NCBI RefSeq assembly: GCF_009914755.1
Contig: NC_060926.1
Length of the DNA: 64,000 nt
Reading direction: 5' to 3' (one strand)
DNA from: the human T2T-CHM13v2.0 reference genome, Homo sapiens
The notes under the pieces are model-generated. The model had not been told where the DNA came from. It did no database searches and saw nothing but the letters and a program-made list of their open reading frames with translations. A program made the translations under genes and the position numbers. Shown here piece after piece: positions 1-18,078 of the stretch (within the stretch, counting starts at the first letter, position 1; each line of letters starts with the position of its first letter).

Positions 1-129
1 GGACATTTAGATTGTTTCCTTTTTTTTTTTAACTAACACAAATAACACTGCAGAAAATAGCCTCAAGTAACTTTGCACATTTGTATGTTTTTTTGCAGAA
101 TAAATGCCTAAACATGGCAAATCTAATAT

Positions 130-1050
130 GTTTGTGATGGTTTTAAATAACCTCTATAAATTATTTGATCCTCCTCCCATCAAAAGTGGAGTTTAATTCT
201 CCTCCCTTTGAATATGGGCCAGTATTCATACTTGTTTCTAATAAACAATGTGGTAGAAGTGGCACAGGGTGGCTTCTGTGGTTAGGATAGAAAAGGTGAC
301 ACTGCTTCCACCTGGTTCCCTCTTTGTCAGTTCCTCATCCTTGAAACACAGCCACTTCACACTGGAGAGAAGCCCAAGCCACATGGAGGGGCCGCAGCTG
401 GCCGCCAGACCCACCTGAGGTCACAGCCGACAGCTGGCATCAACCTCCAGCCTTGAGAGTGAATGAACCTTCGGATGGCCAGGTCCCATCTCATTATTTT
501 ATATCGAAATGATTTACTCTCAAAAGAAAAATGAAAGAAATACAAATTATAGCAATGTTATCTTTAGCAAGGACTGCTTGCAAGGTTGGCCCTTGGTTCG
601 TATCTGGGAAATTGGATTTGGGGAGGGTTCCCGCCCTTCCCTGATATGAATGGCTCACTGCCCCTAAACTGTGTAAACACTGTGGTTTATGTCTTCGTAC
701 TGGGAGTCCAGAATTTTGGTACATGCTAGGCAGAGGGGGCCTTTGTGACTAGCCTGCAGTAAAACCCTCGGTGCCAAATCTCTAGTGAGTGTCCCTGACA
801 AATGACATTCCACACGTGTTGTCCCAACACACTTCTGGGGGAAGTGGGCGCGTCCAGCATGTGAGAGGGTCTTGGACCCTCACACTCCATTTCCTCTGGA
901 CTTGACCCATGTGCCTTTTTCCTTTGCTGAATTTGCTTCATTTCCAGTTGTCGTAATACATCATAGCCTCGAGTATCACTGTATGCTGAGTTCTGCGAGT
1001 TCTCCTAGCCAATCAACAAACCCAGGGTGGTCTTAGAGACCCCAACACGC
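130..1050. mobile_element. Degenerate LTR fragments (MLT1-like followed by MER21-like)
   Basis: Recognisable phrases only. Boundaries and family are uncertain. Confidence 0.45.
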
Positions 1051-1281
1051 CACAGCAACAAGACAACAGGGAAGCCGGCGCTTCCTGTATGTGTATACAT
1101 TGCTGGTGGTACCTGGGCACTGTGAGAGCAACACAGCCTGTCTGTTGAGAGCCACTCAATGTCCACTTCCTCTGACTCAGTAATCCCATCTGGGAATGTG
1201 TCCTTTGGCAACAATTCCACAGCAGGAAGCAGAGGCTTGAAGATATTCATCACAGCTTGTGCTAAACCTGAACAAAACCTA

Positions 1282-1548
<267 letters not shown>

Positions 1549-1644
1549 TTAAAAAAAAAAATTTGGCCAGGCATGGTGGCTCACGCCTGTAATCCCAGCA
1601 CTTTGGGAGGCCAAGGCAGGCAGATCACTTGAGTCAGGAGTTCA

Positions 1645-1947
<303 letters not shown>

Positions 1948-2139
1948 TTAGAAGTGAAAACGGTTGGGGCTACAAGAGGAAGGCCGGAGCGGATTTTTCC
2001 ATAGATAAATTGGGCCTTCCTTTAATGTTGCTGTTCTGACGAACCCGGAGCTTTCTGGGGACGTGGTGGGAGCAGCTGACAAGGCAAGAACTGTGGCTCT
2101 GGGTGCTTCCTCTGCGGTCACCGCCTGGTAGGATGCCTT

Positions 2140-2520
2140 CAAGGTGTGCGCGTGCGGGAAGGAGAGAGAGGGTGGTAAAGCCAACGTTTTCATCCAAAAA
2201 GCAGAGGCTTACGGGACAAAGGGGACGGAAAATATCCCCTGCAAATTAAAAAATGCAGACACACATTTCCCCTGCCTTCGCCTCCCACGGACCCGCCCCT
2301 TCAGCTCCTTCCCTCGCGCTCCCAAGCTCCGGGGCCCCTGAGCCCTGCGCCGGCGGAACGGGGCGGAGCTCGCGACCCTCCCTCGTCCGCCGACCCGGGA
2401 AGGGGCGGGGGCCTACAGGAAGTGGGCGGGGCTGGCTCGCAGGGCGGAGCCTCGCCTCGCTCTGTGCATCGCAGGTGTGCTTGCTCCCGGGCTGGTGGGG
2501 CCACCCTGTGGCTGCCTGGG
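2140..2520. promoter_or_regulatory. Small CpG-rich promoter-like element
   Basis: CpG-dense. GC boxes near 2360, 2402, 2422 and 2442. ETS motif CAGGAAGT at about 2416. Confidence 0.7.
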
Positions 2521-3184
2521 CTGGAACGTTCTGCCTCGCCCAGCTGAAGGCCCTAAACTTGCTACGCCTTTTGGGGTGAGGAAAACCCAATAAAAGACAA
2601 CTCCAGCAACCTCCCAAACGCAGGGATTCTTGTGCTCCCCTGGAAAGTCTCAGATAAAGTTAGACCACAAAATGTGGGTGTGCCCTGAGCCCTCGCTCAA
2701 GGGCACAGAGCAAGTCACTGGCAGAGCAGGGACTGGAACCCGGTGTCCTGATCCCCAGGTGAGGCCAGCCTCAGAGCTGGCGGGAGGGGCAGGGCGGGGT
2801 TGGTCCTCCCAGGCTGGGGCGCAGTGAGGCTCACCCAGAGTGAATTTGGATGTTTTTCCAGGCAGAAGGACATGTAAAAAGAGACTGGCAGTGACTGACC
2901 TGGACTGGCAGGTGAGTTTTTTTTTCCCCCTCAACATTTTATTTTGAAATTTTTCGGACATACAGAAAAGTTGAAAGAATGGTAGGGCAGACACCCAACA
3001 TATGCCCACCCATACGCCCACCACCTAGATTCTGCAGTTACGTTGTATTGTATTTGCTTTGTCACACATCAGTCCAGCCCTCTATCAACTCTCGGTCTGA
3101 AATGGTTTTTAAATTACATTTTAATTTTTAAAAACCAACCTCCAGCCGGGCGCGGTGGCTCACACCTGTGATCCCAGCGCTTTA

Positions 3185-3460
<276 letters not shown>

Positions 3461-5388
3461 TCAGCCTCTACATACATCAGGAACTCAATCAGTTGTGATG
3501 GTTTGTCACAGATGCCCTTGCTGGCCTTTTTTGCCCTGGTCCCTGTGTCTGGAGCCTGTGGCCAGGGCTGGAGGTATCTGAGCAAACTGCATGGCTGTTC
3601 CCAGCTGCTCAGGGCCACAGCCTGCGGTCAGCCTGACAAAGCCTCCCAGGACACACAGCAAGGACCCCCCAGGACACACCGTCCTCTCTAAAGACACTCA
3701 CGGGATGCCTTCTGGGGGTTCAGGGAAGCCAGAACCGCTGCTCCTTGGGCATGGCAGGAACCTGTCGTCGCAGTGCAGGGAGCACAGACACCTCCACGAA
3801 AACAGCACTCAGAAAAGCCTGACCCAGGGTCCTAGCTCACAGAGGCCCACCCCGCCGCACTCCTGCTGTGCTCATCTTTACCAGGAAAATTTAAGTCACT
3901 AGATGCCACCCTGTGTCATCCCAGCTCCAAGGGGAGGAACAGAGGAGAGACAGAGTCCCAGGCCTGCAGCTCTGATTTTAGACTAATGTTTTTCCAAAAG
4001 GTCCCATCCCTCAGCTCCGTCCTCATGCAAGTGTGGGAAGACGAAGCTGGCAGCTCTTTCTGGCCTGGCTCTCAGCCCTGTCTTCTCCACGCCAGCCCTC
4101 CGCCCGAGCCCAGTAGGGGCTTCGTTGCCACTGCTCACCCACACCACGCCATGGCAATGGTGACCTCACCTGTTTTTTGCCCCTGTCCTGATGGTTCTGT
4201 TCCCTGCAGCTCCCTTGGGGCTCACAGCCCATCGGTATCTCCCCACTGGGTGCAGGATACCGTGGAAAATACCCCGGGGCCTGCCCCCATGTGCCCTGCC
4301 ACCCCCGTCCTTGTCTCCTCCCCCACATCTCCCAAAATACCAGGCTCTCTCTTGCATCCAAGCTTTTGTGGTCACCCCAGTTTTTCTACCTGGCAAGTCC
4401 TTTCACCTGTGAAGTCCCAACTCCTTGCTGCCTCCCTCATAGAAGCAGAATCCAGCAGGGGCACACAGGACTGGCTACAGTGCGAGCTCAGTGGTTCACT
4501 GGCTGCCCTGCTGCCCTGCACCCCGGGCACTCTGCGCAGGCCTCTATTCGTCAGGGCTTTGTCTGCACTTAGCTCTTCCCTTACAAAGATAGGAAGCAGC
4601 GCGCCAGCTGAATGGACCCACAGAGAAGCTGCGTGGAAGGAACTGTGAATCTGCCAGCACCTACCGGAACAGCACAAAACTCAGAGAACCGGAAGCAGAG
4701 AGTGCAGGAGGCAGAAGTGATGAGAGCAGCGGGCGTCCATGGAGCTCAGCTGAGCCAGACCAGGAGAGGCTGCCACGGAGGGAGCCTGGTTGTACCCAGT
4801 TAGAGCAGAAACAGGGCTGAGGGCTCGGACCATAAGCCCTCAGATTCTCACTGTTCCTTTCAGCTGGTGACTGACTGTGTGACCGTGGGCGGTCACTTAA
4901 TCTTGCCGGTAAGGGCCTCAGTTTCCTCATCTGTAGAATGGCGTTGGAAAGGCATGGCTGGGAGGTCTCAGATAAAGCAGAGTGCTGTGTGAACGCTCTG
5001 GGTTTGCAGACAGAGTGGATGTTCCTAGTGCATTGCACTCATTTTCCTCGCCCAACATAAGCTCATGACTTCCGCCATCGTTCCCAAACAAGCAGGAAGC
5101 TTCACACTGATGCCTGATCCACAATTCCCAAAGCGCCCTCAGGGCCACCATTTCTTGCGAGCCTCGCAGCATCCACGAGGGGGCAGCACAGGACTAACAT
5201 CGCCCCACGGCCTGACGGGCTGCCGGAAGCAAGTGCAATAATGGTGGGGGTGGCCCCCAGGAGCCCCAGCTTTGCTCCCTCCCCCTCCCCCACCCTGTGC
5301 GGAGGACTCCGGCCTTGGGGTAGGGGGCTGCTGAACTGGGCGTGGCATCTAGTCAGGAACTCTCTGCCCCCCAGCCCTAGGGCTCAGA

Positions 5389-5390
<2 letters not shown>

Positions 5391-5442
<52 letters not shown>
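5391..5442. repeat. (AC)26 microsatellite
   Basis: Perfect dinucleotide run. Confidence 0.98.
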
Positions 5443-5444
<2 letters not shown>

Positions 5445-5471
5445 GGCCCGCCCCTTTCCTAGGAGCTGTCC

Positions 5472-5485
5472 GTTCCCAGGACAAC
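5472..5485 (+). promoter_or_regulatory. RFX X-box-like motif GTTCCCAGGACAAC upstream of the CIMIP5 ATG
   Basis: 11/14 match to GTTGCCATGGCAAC and fits RYYNYY-N2-RRNRAC. About 250 nt before the ATG of a ciliary gene. Confidence 0.55.
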
Positions 5486-5668
5486 AGTCAACACAGCACA
5501 GGCGGGAGTTCAAAACGAAACTGGGCTCAAATGCTCTCCCCAGCCCGGAGAGCCCTGTCCCCATCGGCCACTCTGAGCTCGAGGCCTAAAGGGACAGTGA
5601 GGAGGACCCTGCCCAGGCTCTCCCGGGGTTAGGAGGGACAGAGTGTTCCAGGAGGAGGTTTGAGCTGA

Positions 5669-5992
<324 letters not shown>

Positions 5993-6814
5993 TGAGTACC
6001 TGCCCTCCCTTTTCCACCCTGACTCCGCAGCCTGACTGCAAGTTGGGGAAGGTTTTGGAGAAAGGGAGATGGGAGGGCAAATGATCTGGCTGAGGGACAG
6101 AGGGCATGGCATGCCCGGGGGAAGGTGGGTCACCAGCCCAGCCCAGAGCCAGACCCGAGCCTGAGCCTAAGAAGCGAGGAAGATGGAAGCCAAGACCAGA
6201 TGCCGCTGGGTCAGAGCAGCCCCACCTCGTTCATTCCGACTGCGACGCGGCCGGTAATCCCTTGAGCTGGAGCCTGCTGGCCTAGTCTGGGTTAGAGGAG
6301 CTGGCTGTCTGACCTGACTCGGGGAAAGGATGCTCCTTCATGCATTCATTCAACCAAAAATACCCATGAGCCGCTCTGAAACGAGACCAGACTGCAACAA
6401 GGGACTAGACAGACCTGGCCATGGCTCCACCGAGCCTTCATACTCAGGACAGGGCAGCCAAAAAGCAAGCAGAGAAGCAAACAAGTACAAATCTGTATGA
6501 AGTGTGACCAGCGGTAAGAAGGAAACAGTTCAGGGTCGGGGGCAGAGCCGGCTGAAGGCCTCTCTGAGGAGGAGACATTTAAGCTGAGACATGAAATAGG
6601 AGAAGGAGCCAAGAGTTTGATGTATCTAAAAAACAAAACAAAGAATTCGTGTAGCTGAGGCACAGGGAGTGAGGAAGGCCACAGGATGAGGGGGAGCAGC
6701 GGGGGCCACCCCAGCCCTTATAAAAGTCTGGATGCATTTTTTCCAAAGGAGACACCATCCAGGATTTTAAGCGGGAACATGGCATGATCTCGATTACATT
6801 TTTAAGTGAGCAGC

Positions 6815-8770
<1,956 letters not shown>

Positions 8771-8972
8771 TGAGTAAATGTGGGAGGAAAGGTGAGGAAG
8801 GAGTAAAGGATGACAGGTCTCAGCTTGAATAATTAATAAGGAGGAGAAGAAAATGATGAAGATGCTGAGTTCTGGTGAGTTTTAAATGCCTGAACCACGT
8901 CTAGATGGAGCTGCCCAGGAGGTAGTTGAGTGTGAGAGTCAGGAGTTGCGCATTAAAAACCCATCCAGAAGG

Positions 8973-9050
8973 GGAGGATGAGGACTGACTGCAAATGGAC
9001 ACAGGTGTTTTGGAGGATGAGGACTGACTGCAAATGGACACAGGTGTTTT
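8973..9050. repeat. Perfect 39-bp tandem duplication
   Basis: GGAGGATGAGGACTGACTGCAAATGGACACAGGTGTTTT occurs twice. Confidence 0.95.
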
Positions 9051-10171
9051 GGGGGTGATGAAATGTTCTGGAATCAGAAAGTGGTGATGGTTGCCCAACT
9101 CCGTGAATATATTAAAAGTCATTTAATTGTGTCCTTTAAAAGGTGAATCTTATGGAATGTGAATTCTATCTCAATTTTAGAAGGAAACGGGTGGGCATTG
9201 GCCCCAGCGATGTGAATAAGCTCTCTCTGGAAGAGCACAATGGATCAGAAGAGGCGAGGATGCAGGACAGAACTTGTAACATTTACTAGAAGGGCAGAGA
9301 CGCTGCCAGGAAACACCAGAGAAGAAAGCCAGGGGCACAAGGAGGCATAAAGACCAAGGGGAAAGAGTTTTGCAAGGCCTGGAAAGCCCAAAGAGGAATG
9401 TGCAAGGCAGTGCTGCCCAACGGAAATACAATGTGAGCCACACACATAGCTTAAATTTTCTAGTAGCCTGCTTATAAAAATGAAACAAGAGGTCGGGCAC
9501 AATCGCTCACACCTATAATCCCAGCACTTTGGGAAGCTGAGGTGGGCAGATCACCTGAAGTCAGGAGTTCGAGACTAGCCTGGCCAACATGGTGAAACCC
9601 CATCTCTACTAAAAACACAAAAATTAGCCAGGCATGGTAGTGTGCACCTGTAATCCCAGCTACTCAGGAGGCTGACGCAGGGAGAATTGCTTGAACCCGG
9701 CAGGCAGAGGCTGCAATCAGCCGAGATTGTGCCACTGCACTCCAGCCTGGGTGACAGAGTGAGACTCCATCTCAAAAAAAAACAAAAAACAAAAAGAACT
9801 TGTAGAAATAAAAATATATAAAGTTGAAATATAAGACATAACTGAAGTGAGACTTCATAAACTCAAGACAGGAGAAATTATTCAGAAAATCAAGACAGAA
9901 AACACAAATGACGAATTAAAAACGTAGAGAAACTGAACAAGAAGGTCCAACCTATCTTTAATCAAAACTCCCAGAGGAGAGAATGGGAGAGAGAATGTCT
10001 AAAGAGAAAGTAAGTGAGAATTTTCCAGAACCAAAGAAATGCATGAGTCCACAGATATTGGAGTAGGTGCTCCACAAAAACAGGTGCATTAACAAGAAAG
10101 TGAGACATGGAATTCCCAAAGAGGGGGATGCCAGTGTGTTGGTGAAGGAAAAGACCAGCCTGTGATCTTGA

Positions 10172-10480
<309 letters not shown>

Positions 10481-10940
10481 TGATCTGCCTGCCTCGGCCT
10501 CCCAGAGTGCTGGGATTACAGGCGTGAGCCACCGCGCCTGGCAGAAAGGTTTTAAAGGAATGTTTATTATCTGATGCACATGACTGTGTAGAAAATAATA
10601 TTGAGAGGGACTTTTCAGTTTTGTTGGAGCATGTGAAATCAATGATCAGTACATAGAAGCCTAAATAAAATTGGGAGGAAATGTAATTTCTCTATTAGCT
10701 CTAGAAAGAATACAAGGTTGTACAAGAACAGAATTGGGGTATATTGCACTCCTTAGTTCACCAGGGGATAACATTTACATAATCATAAGAATCAAAACGA
10801 TACATATCAATTTAACTGAGATCTATAATGATTTTGAAAGAACAAAGGGAAGGGCAGGGGTAAGAATGATAACTCTTCATCTCCCATAATAGAAAGTCGA
10901 TAGATAAGTTTAAATTTTAAAAAATATTAAGAAACAGCAG

Positions 10941-11684
<744 letters not shown>

Positions 11685-12188
11685 GCAGTAGAATCCTATT
11701 ATTTCAAAATATGGATGCAAAGGCCTGAAGAAACAGCTAAAAGGCTGGCAAAGGTTTGACTCTAGGATGTGGGGCTCAGGGGCTGTGAGGATGGGGACAG
11801 AGAAGGCTGTTTTTATTATGTTTTGTAGAATTGTTTGACTTTTTAAGATTAGATTCAAATAAAACTAAATGGCCAGTGCAAGCTAATACTATCCTTATGG
11901 TCCCTCCCTTTTCCTACCTCTCCCTAGCCTTCCTCTATCACTCACATTGGAAAGTTACAAAGGTTTGGGGATGTGAAAACTTTTTTCTTCAGAGAATGCT
12001 TGCCTACTGTAGCCTTCTGAAATGCACAGAGGCAGGGCGAGATGGTAGCCTTTGCTTTCCTTAGGCAGCCCCACCATAGTGACATCATATTTGTCGTTCT
12101 AGGAAAAGTCATTGGAAATTGAAATGTTTGTTCCTTTGGTAGGATACACCATAAATACCTGCTTGACACTTGGCATTTGTTTCACTTA

Positions 12189-12521
<333 letters not shown>

Positions 12522-12524
12522 TCA

Positions 12525-12851
<327 letters not shown>

Positions 12852-12909
12852 TCATTGGTAAAAATGTCCTGGAAGGAACTCACACAGCCAACATGTTTTT
12901 CCTTTCCAG

Positions 12910-12949
12910 GATTCAGAACTGGAGTTTCCTGAAAGACTATGACCCAATG
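12910..12949 (+). CDS. CIMIP5: CIMIP5/C2orf50 coding exon 2 (W-IQNWSFLKDYDPM), 40 nt
   Basis: Acceptor TTTTTCCTTTCCAG|G and donor ATG|GTAAGG. It completes the split Trp codon and joins exon 3 in phase 0. Confidence 0.93.
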
Positions 12950-13431
12950 GTAAGGTAAAATATGTTCCTGCCAAACATACTTGCAATTGAATATTACTCA
13001 TTCTTTCCATCATTCAACTAACATTTATTGAAGATCTACTCTACACCAGATACTGGATGTGCAGCGATGAGTCAAATACACTCTTGTTTCAAGGAATGCA
13101 GGGTCCGTTGGATAGAAAACAGTTACATGAAGCATTTAGAAATGTGTTTCCCTCAGTGTTTCTTAATTTTATTAAGATGAACCAATTGGAAATGACAGGC
13201 ATCTGTTGCTGAAATGTCTCCCCTGATTGAGGATGGCAGCAATATGTAGTCATATCTGTGTGGCGTGCCCGAGAAGGACAATGAGATTGGGTAAAAATAC
13301 TTTGTAAACAAATTCCCTGACTCTGGTATCACCACCTCCAATCCATCCTCCACATTGCCACCAGACTAATTTCCCTAAACGGCAGAACTGGCCATGTAGC
13401 TCCCCTGATTAAAATGCTTCAGTAAGTCTGA

Positions 13432-13653
<222 letters not shown>

Positions 13654-14326
13654 TGAGTAGCTGAGATTATAGGTGCACACCACCATGCCTGGCTAATATT
13701 TGTATTTTTAGTAGAGAGGGGGTTTCACTATGTTAGCCAGGCTGGTCTCGAACTCCTGACCTCAATTAGCCAACTGCCTCGGCTTCCCAAAGTGCTGGGA
13801 TTACAGGCATGAGCCACCACACCCAGCCCCCACAACACTCTTTTATCTATGCCTTTGGGCATGCTCGTCCCCTGCTGGAATGTCCTTCCACCTGGTCAGC
13901 CTGATGGACTCCTATTCACTCTTCAAGATCCTGCTCTAGTGCCCCCTCTTCTAGGGAATCTCACCTTCCTGGGCAGGCTTGACCAGATCACTCCTTCCTT
14001 TGATTCACCAGCATATCTCACCCGTTATTTTGGTATTCCATGTAATGTAATACTGCAATGCCCAATTTCACCAGCTGTGAACTCCTTAAGAGAAAGGATG
14101 AGGCCAGGAATGGTGGCCCATGCCTGTACTTGGGGAGGCTGAGGTGGGAGGATCACCTGGACCCATGAGTTCAAGACCAGCCTGGGCAACATAGGGAGAC
14201 CCTGTCTCTACAAAAATAACATTATTTTTTAAAAAGAGAAAAGATGAATATGAATTCATCACTGCACCCTATCACAACCCTAGCATTTGCCCCATCCCCC
14301 AGAGACCATAAAAGAGTGAACATTCA

Positions 14327-14659
<333 letters not shown>

Positions 14660-15569
14660 TCAGTCTCAAAAAAAAAAAAAAAAAAAAAGATGGTCAAAGA
14701 ACCAACCTGGAAGATGAGCAATATGGAAAGTCACTCGAGGGGGTGGCCATGCTTACCTGGACCCTGCCAGGTTGAGGAAAGTTTTAATGCCTGCATTGTG
14801 GACCTGCTGGACTTGTTGCTGTCTATTCTGGAGGGAAAATTCAGCTCATGGGACCTGATATCCCGACCTGTGCATCTGGTCTGGGCTTCCAGCCTGTAAG
14901 AGTCTCTCCCTGCTAAGGGCTACATGATAGCAACCTGACTACTGAAATCTGCATCATGGCCAAAGGGTGGAGCCACCTCGGCATGGACTTTGCCAGGTGA
15001 AAACCATGATCTCCTTACTTGACAGGTCATGTCATTTCTATTAGACACAGGGTAGCAGAAAGGTAACCCTAAACAGGGGCAGGAAGAGCTGAGGATGTTT
15101 TCCCACTTGTCAGATTTTTTTTTTTTTTTTTTTTTTTTGAGATACGGTCTCACTCTGTTGCCCAGGCTGGAGTGAAGTAGCATGATCATGGCTCACTGCA
15201 GCCTCAACCTCCTGGGCTCTAGTGATCCTCCCACCTCAGCCTCCTGAGTAGCTGGGGCTTACATGCACGTGCCCCCACACCCAACTAATTTTTGTATTTT
15301 TTTGTAGAGACGGGGTCTCACCATGTTGCCCAGGCTGGTCTGAATCTTTCCGCCAAGGCTTCTCAAAGTGCCAGGATTAAAGGCAAGAGCCATGGTGCCT
15401 GGCCATCAGATTACATTTAGTCATTCATTCATGCATGCATCCGTTACAGAGTTTACCCAAACGCACGTTCACATATGGCCAAAACAGCACTACTCATAAA
15501 AGCCCCAAACTAGAATCAACCCAAGTGTGATCAGTGGTGATACAGGTGAATAACTTGTGTGATATTCAC

Positions 15570-15626
15570 ACAGTTCACACCATGGAGTACAGTTCACACC
15601 ATGGAGTACAGTTCACACCATGGAGT
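15570..15626. repeat. Perfect 19-bp x3 minisatellite
   Basis: ACAGTTCACACCATGGAGT occurs three times. Confidence 0.95.
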
Positions 15627-16269
15627 AACGTACAGCACTGAGAATGAATGAACGGCAGCCACACTCCAAAGCTGAATGAATCTCACACACATAATGTTGA
15701 GAGAAAGAAGCCAGACAGAAGAGCCATGATTCCACTAATGTAAAGTTCAAAACCAGGCAAAGCTAATGCGTGGCATTAGAGGTCAAGGTCAGGGTGCCTT
15801 GGGAGCAGAGACAGGGGCTGAGGGGCTGAAAGGAGGTGGGGGAGGGGATCATACCCCTTGATCTGGTTGGGCACATGGGCATCTTCACTTTGTGAACATT
15901 TGTCAAGCTGGACAGTGATGGCTTGTGCGTTTTCTGTGTGAATGTTATACTCTTAAGTACAAATTTACCAAAAAAAAAAAAAAAAATCAAAACCTCCCAC
16001 CAGATGTAAAGTGGCATCTTAGTCCTGGGGATAGAAAGGGGAATAAGACCTGATCCTTCCCTTGATCTCTGCAGGTCGCAGCATGAAAGTTAAGGGATCT
16101 GGGAGGCACCTGGGGAAGGGGAAGTGGAGGAAGAGGAGGGACAAGCTTGGCAGAGGCTGTGGCATCGGGTCACTCTTGGGGGATCCCAAGTCCAAACCAG
16201 GATTGAATCACCTGGAGATGCTTCACAAAGAGAGGCAGCTGCTCTCTGCTCTGTTTTCTCCCATTCTAA

Positions 16270-16512
<243 letters not shown>

Positions 16513-17551
16513 GAGCAAGGAGGGCTGGGCTGGCCTTCCCCAGGTGGGTGTGGGTGGGGACAAGAGACCCAGCCCACAACAGCACCAGTCAGCTCCCCAC
16601 ACAAGGCAGCTTGGGTCTGCACTGTCTGTAAGCTGCAGGACACTCTTCCAGGGGACCCAAGGGGTCACTCTTACACACTTTTTACACGTAAGATTCAGAG
16701 GAGTCAGTAACTGGTCCACGGCCGTACAATCCCCAGCCCTTCCAGCTTGGGAACTCATGGGTGCCCCATGAAAGGGACCCTGCATTGTGGTCAGGAGCAC
16801 TGAATGCCTGGGTTCAAATCCAGCTTGTGACCCTGATGAGCTGTGGGACCTTGAGCTGGCTGCTGCAACACTCTGTGCCTCCGTCTCCCCTCCTGCGATT
16901 CAGTGTGTTCACTCCTTGCAGCTGCTGTGACAAGTGAGCACAAACTGCATAGCTTAAAACAACACAAACGTATCATCTTACAGCTCTGAAGATCACAACT
17001 CTGACATGGGTGACATGTTGCAGAGCTGTGCTCTTTTAGGAGTATCTGGGGAAGAATCTATTTCCACATTTTTTCCAGTTTCTCAAGGCAGCCTGTATTC
17101 CTTAGTTGGCAGCTCCTTACTCCGTCTTTGAAGCCAGCATCCTAGCATCTTCAAATCAGTCTCTATCGCTTGCTCTCTCCTGCCTCACTCCTTCATCTTT
17201 TCTTTCTTTCTCTCTCTCTCTCTTTTTTTTTTAGAGACAGTGTCTTACTCTGTCACCTAGGCTAGAGGGCAGTGATGCAATTATAAATCATTGTAGCCTT
17301 GAACTCCCGGGCTCAAGCAATCCTCCCACCTCAGCCTCCCAAGTAGCTAGGGATACAGACACATGGCAACATGCCTGGCTAATTTTTTTTTTATTTTTAT
17401 TCCAGACAGAGTCTCGCACTGTCGCCTAGGCTGGAGTGCAACAGTGTGATCTTGGCTCACCGCAACCTCCGCCTCCTAGGTCCAGGCAATTCTCCTGCTT
17501 CTGCCTCCTGAGTAGCTGGAATTACAGGCATGTGCCGCCATGCCTGGCTAA

Positions 17552-18078
<527 letters not shown>

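Noticed and set aside
4145-4158. X-box-like CACGCCATGGCAAT
   Set aside because: Both ends deviate from the RFX consensus, and it is far from a supported TSS.
3986-4648. 220-aa Ser/Pro-rich plus-strand ORF
   Set aside because: Poor Kozak context, low-complexity composition and no family resemblance. It cannot be supported without conservation or ribosome-profiling data.
15570-15626. Short direct repeats as a possible CRISPR array
   Set aside because: Human DNA, and the repeats are contiguous with no spacers.
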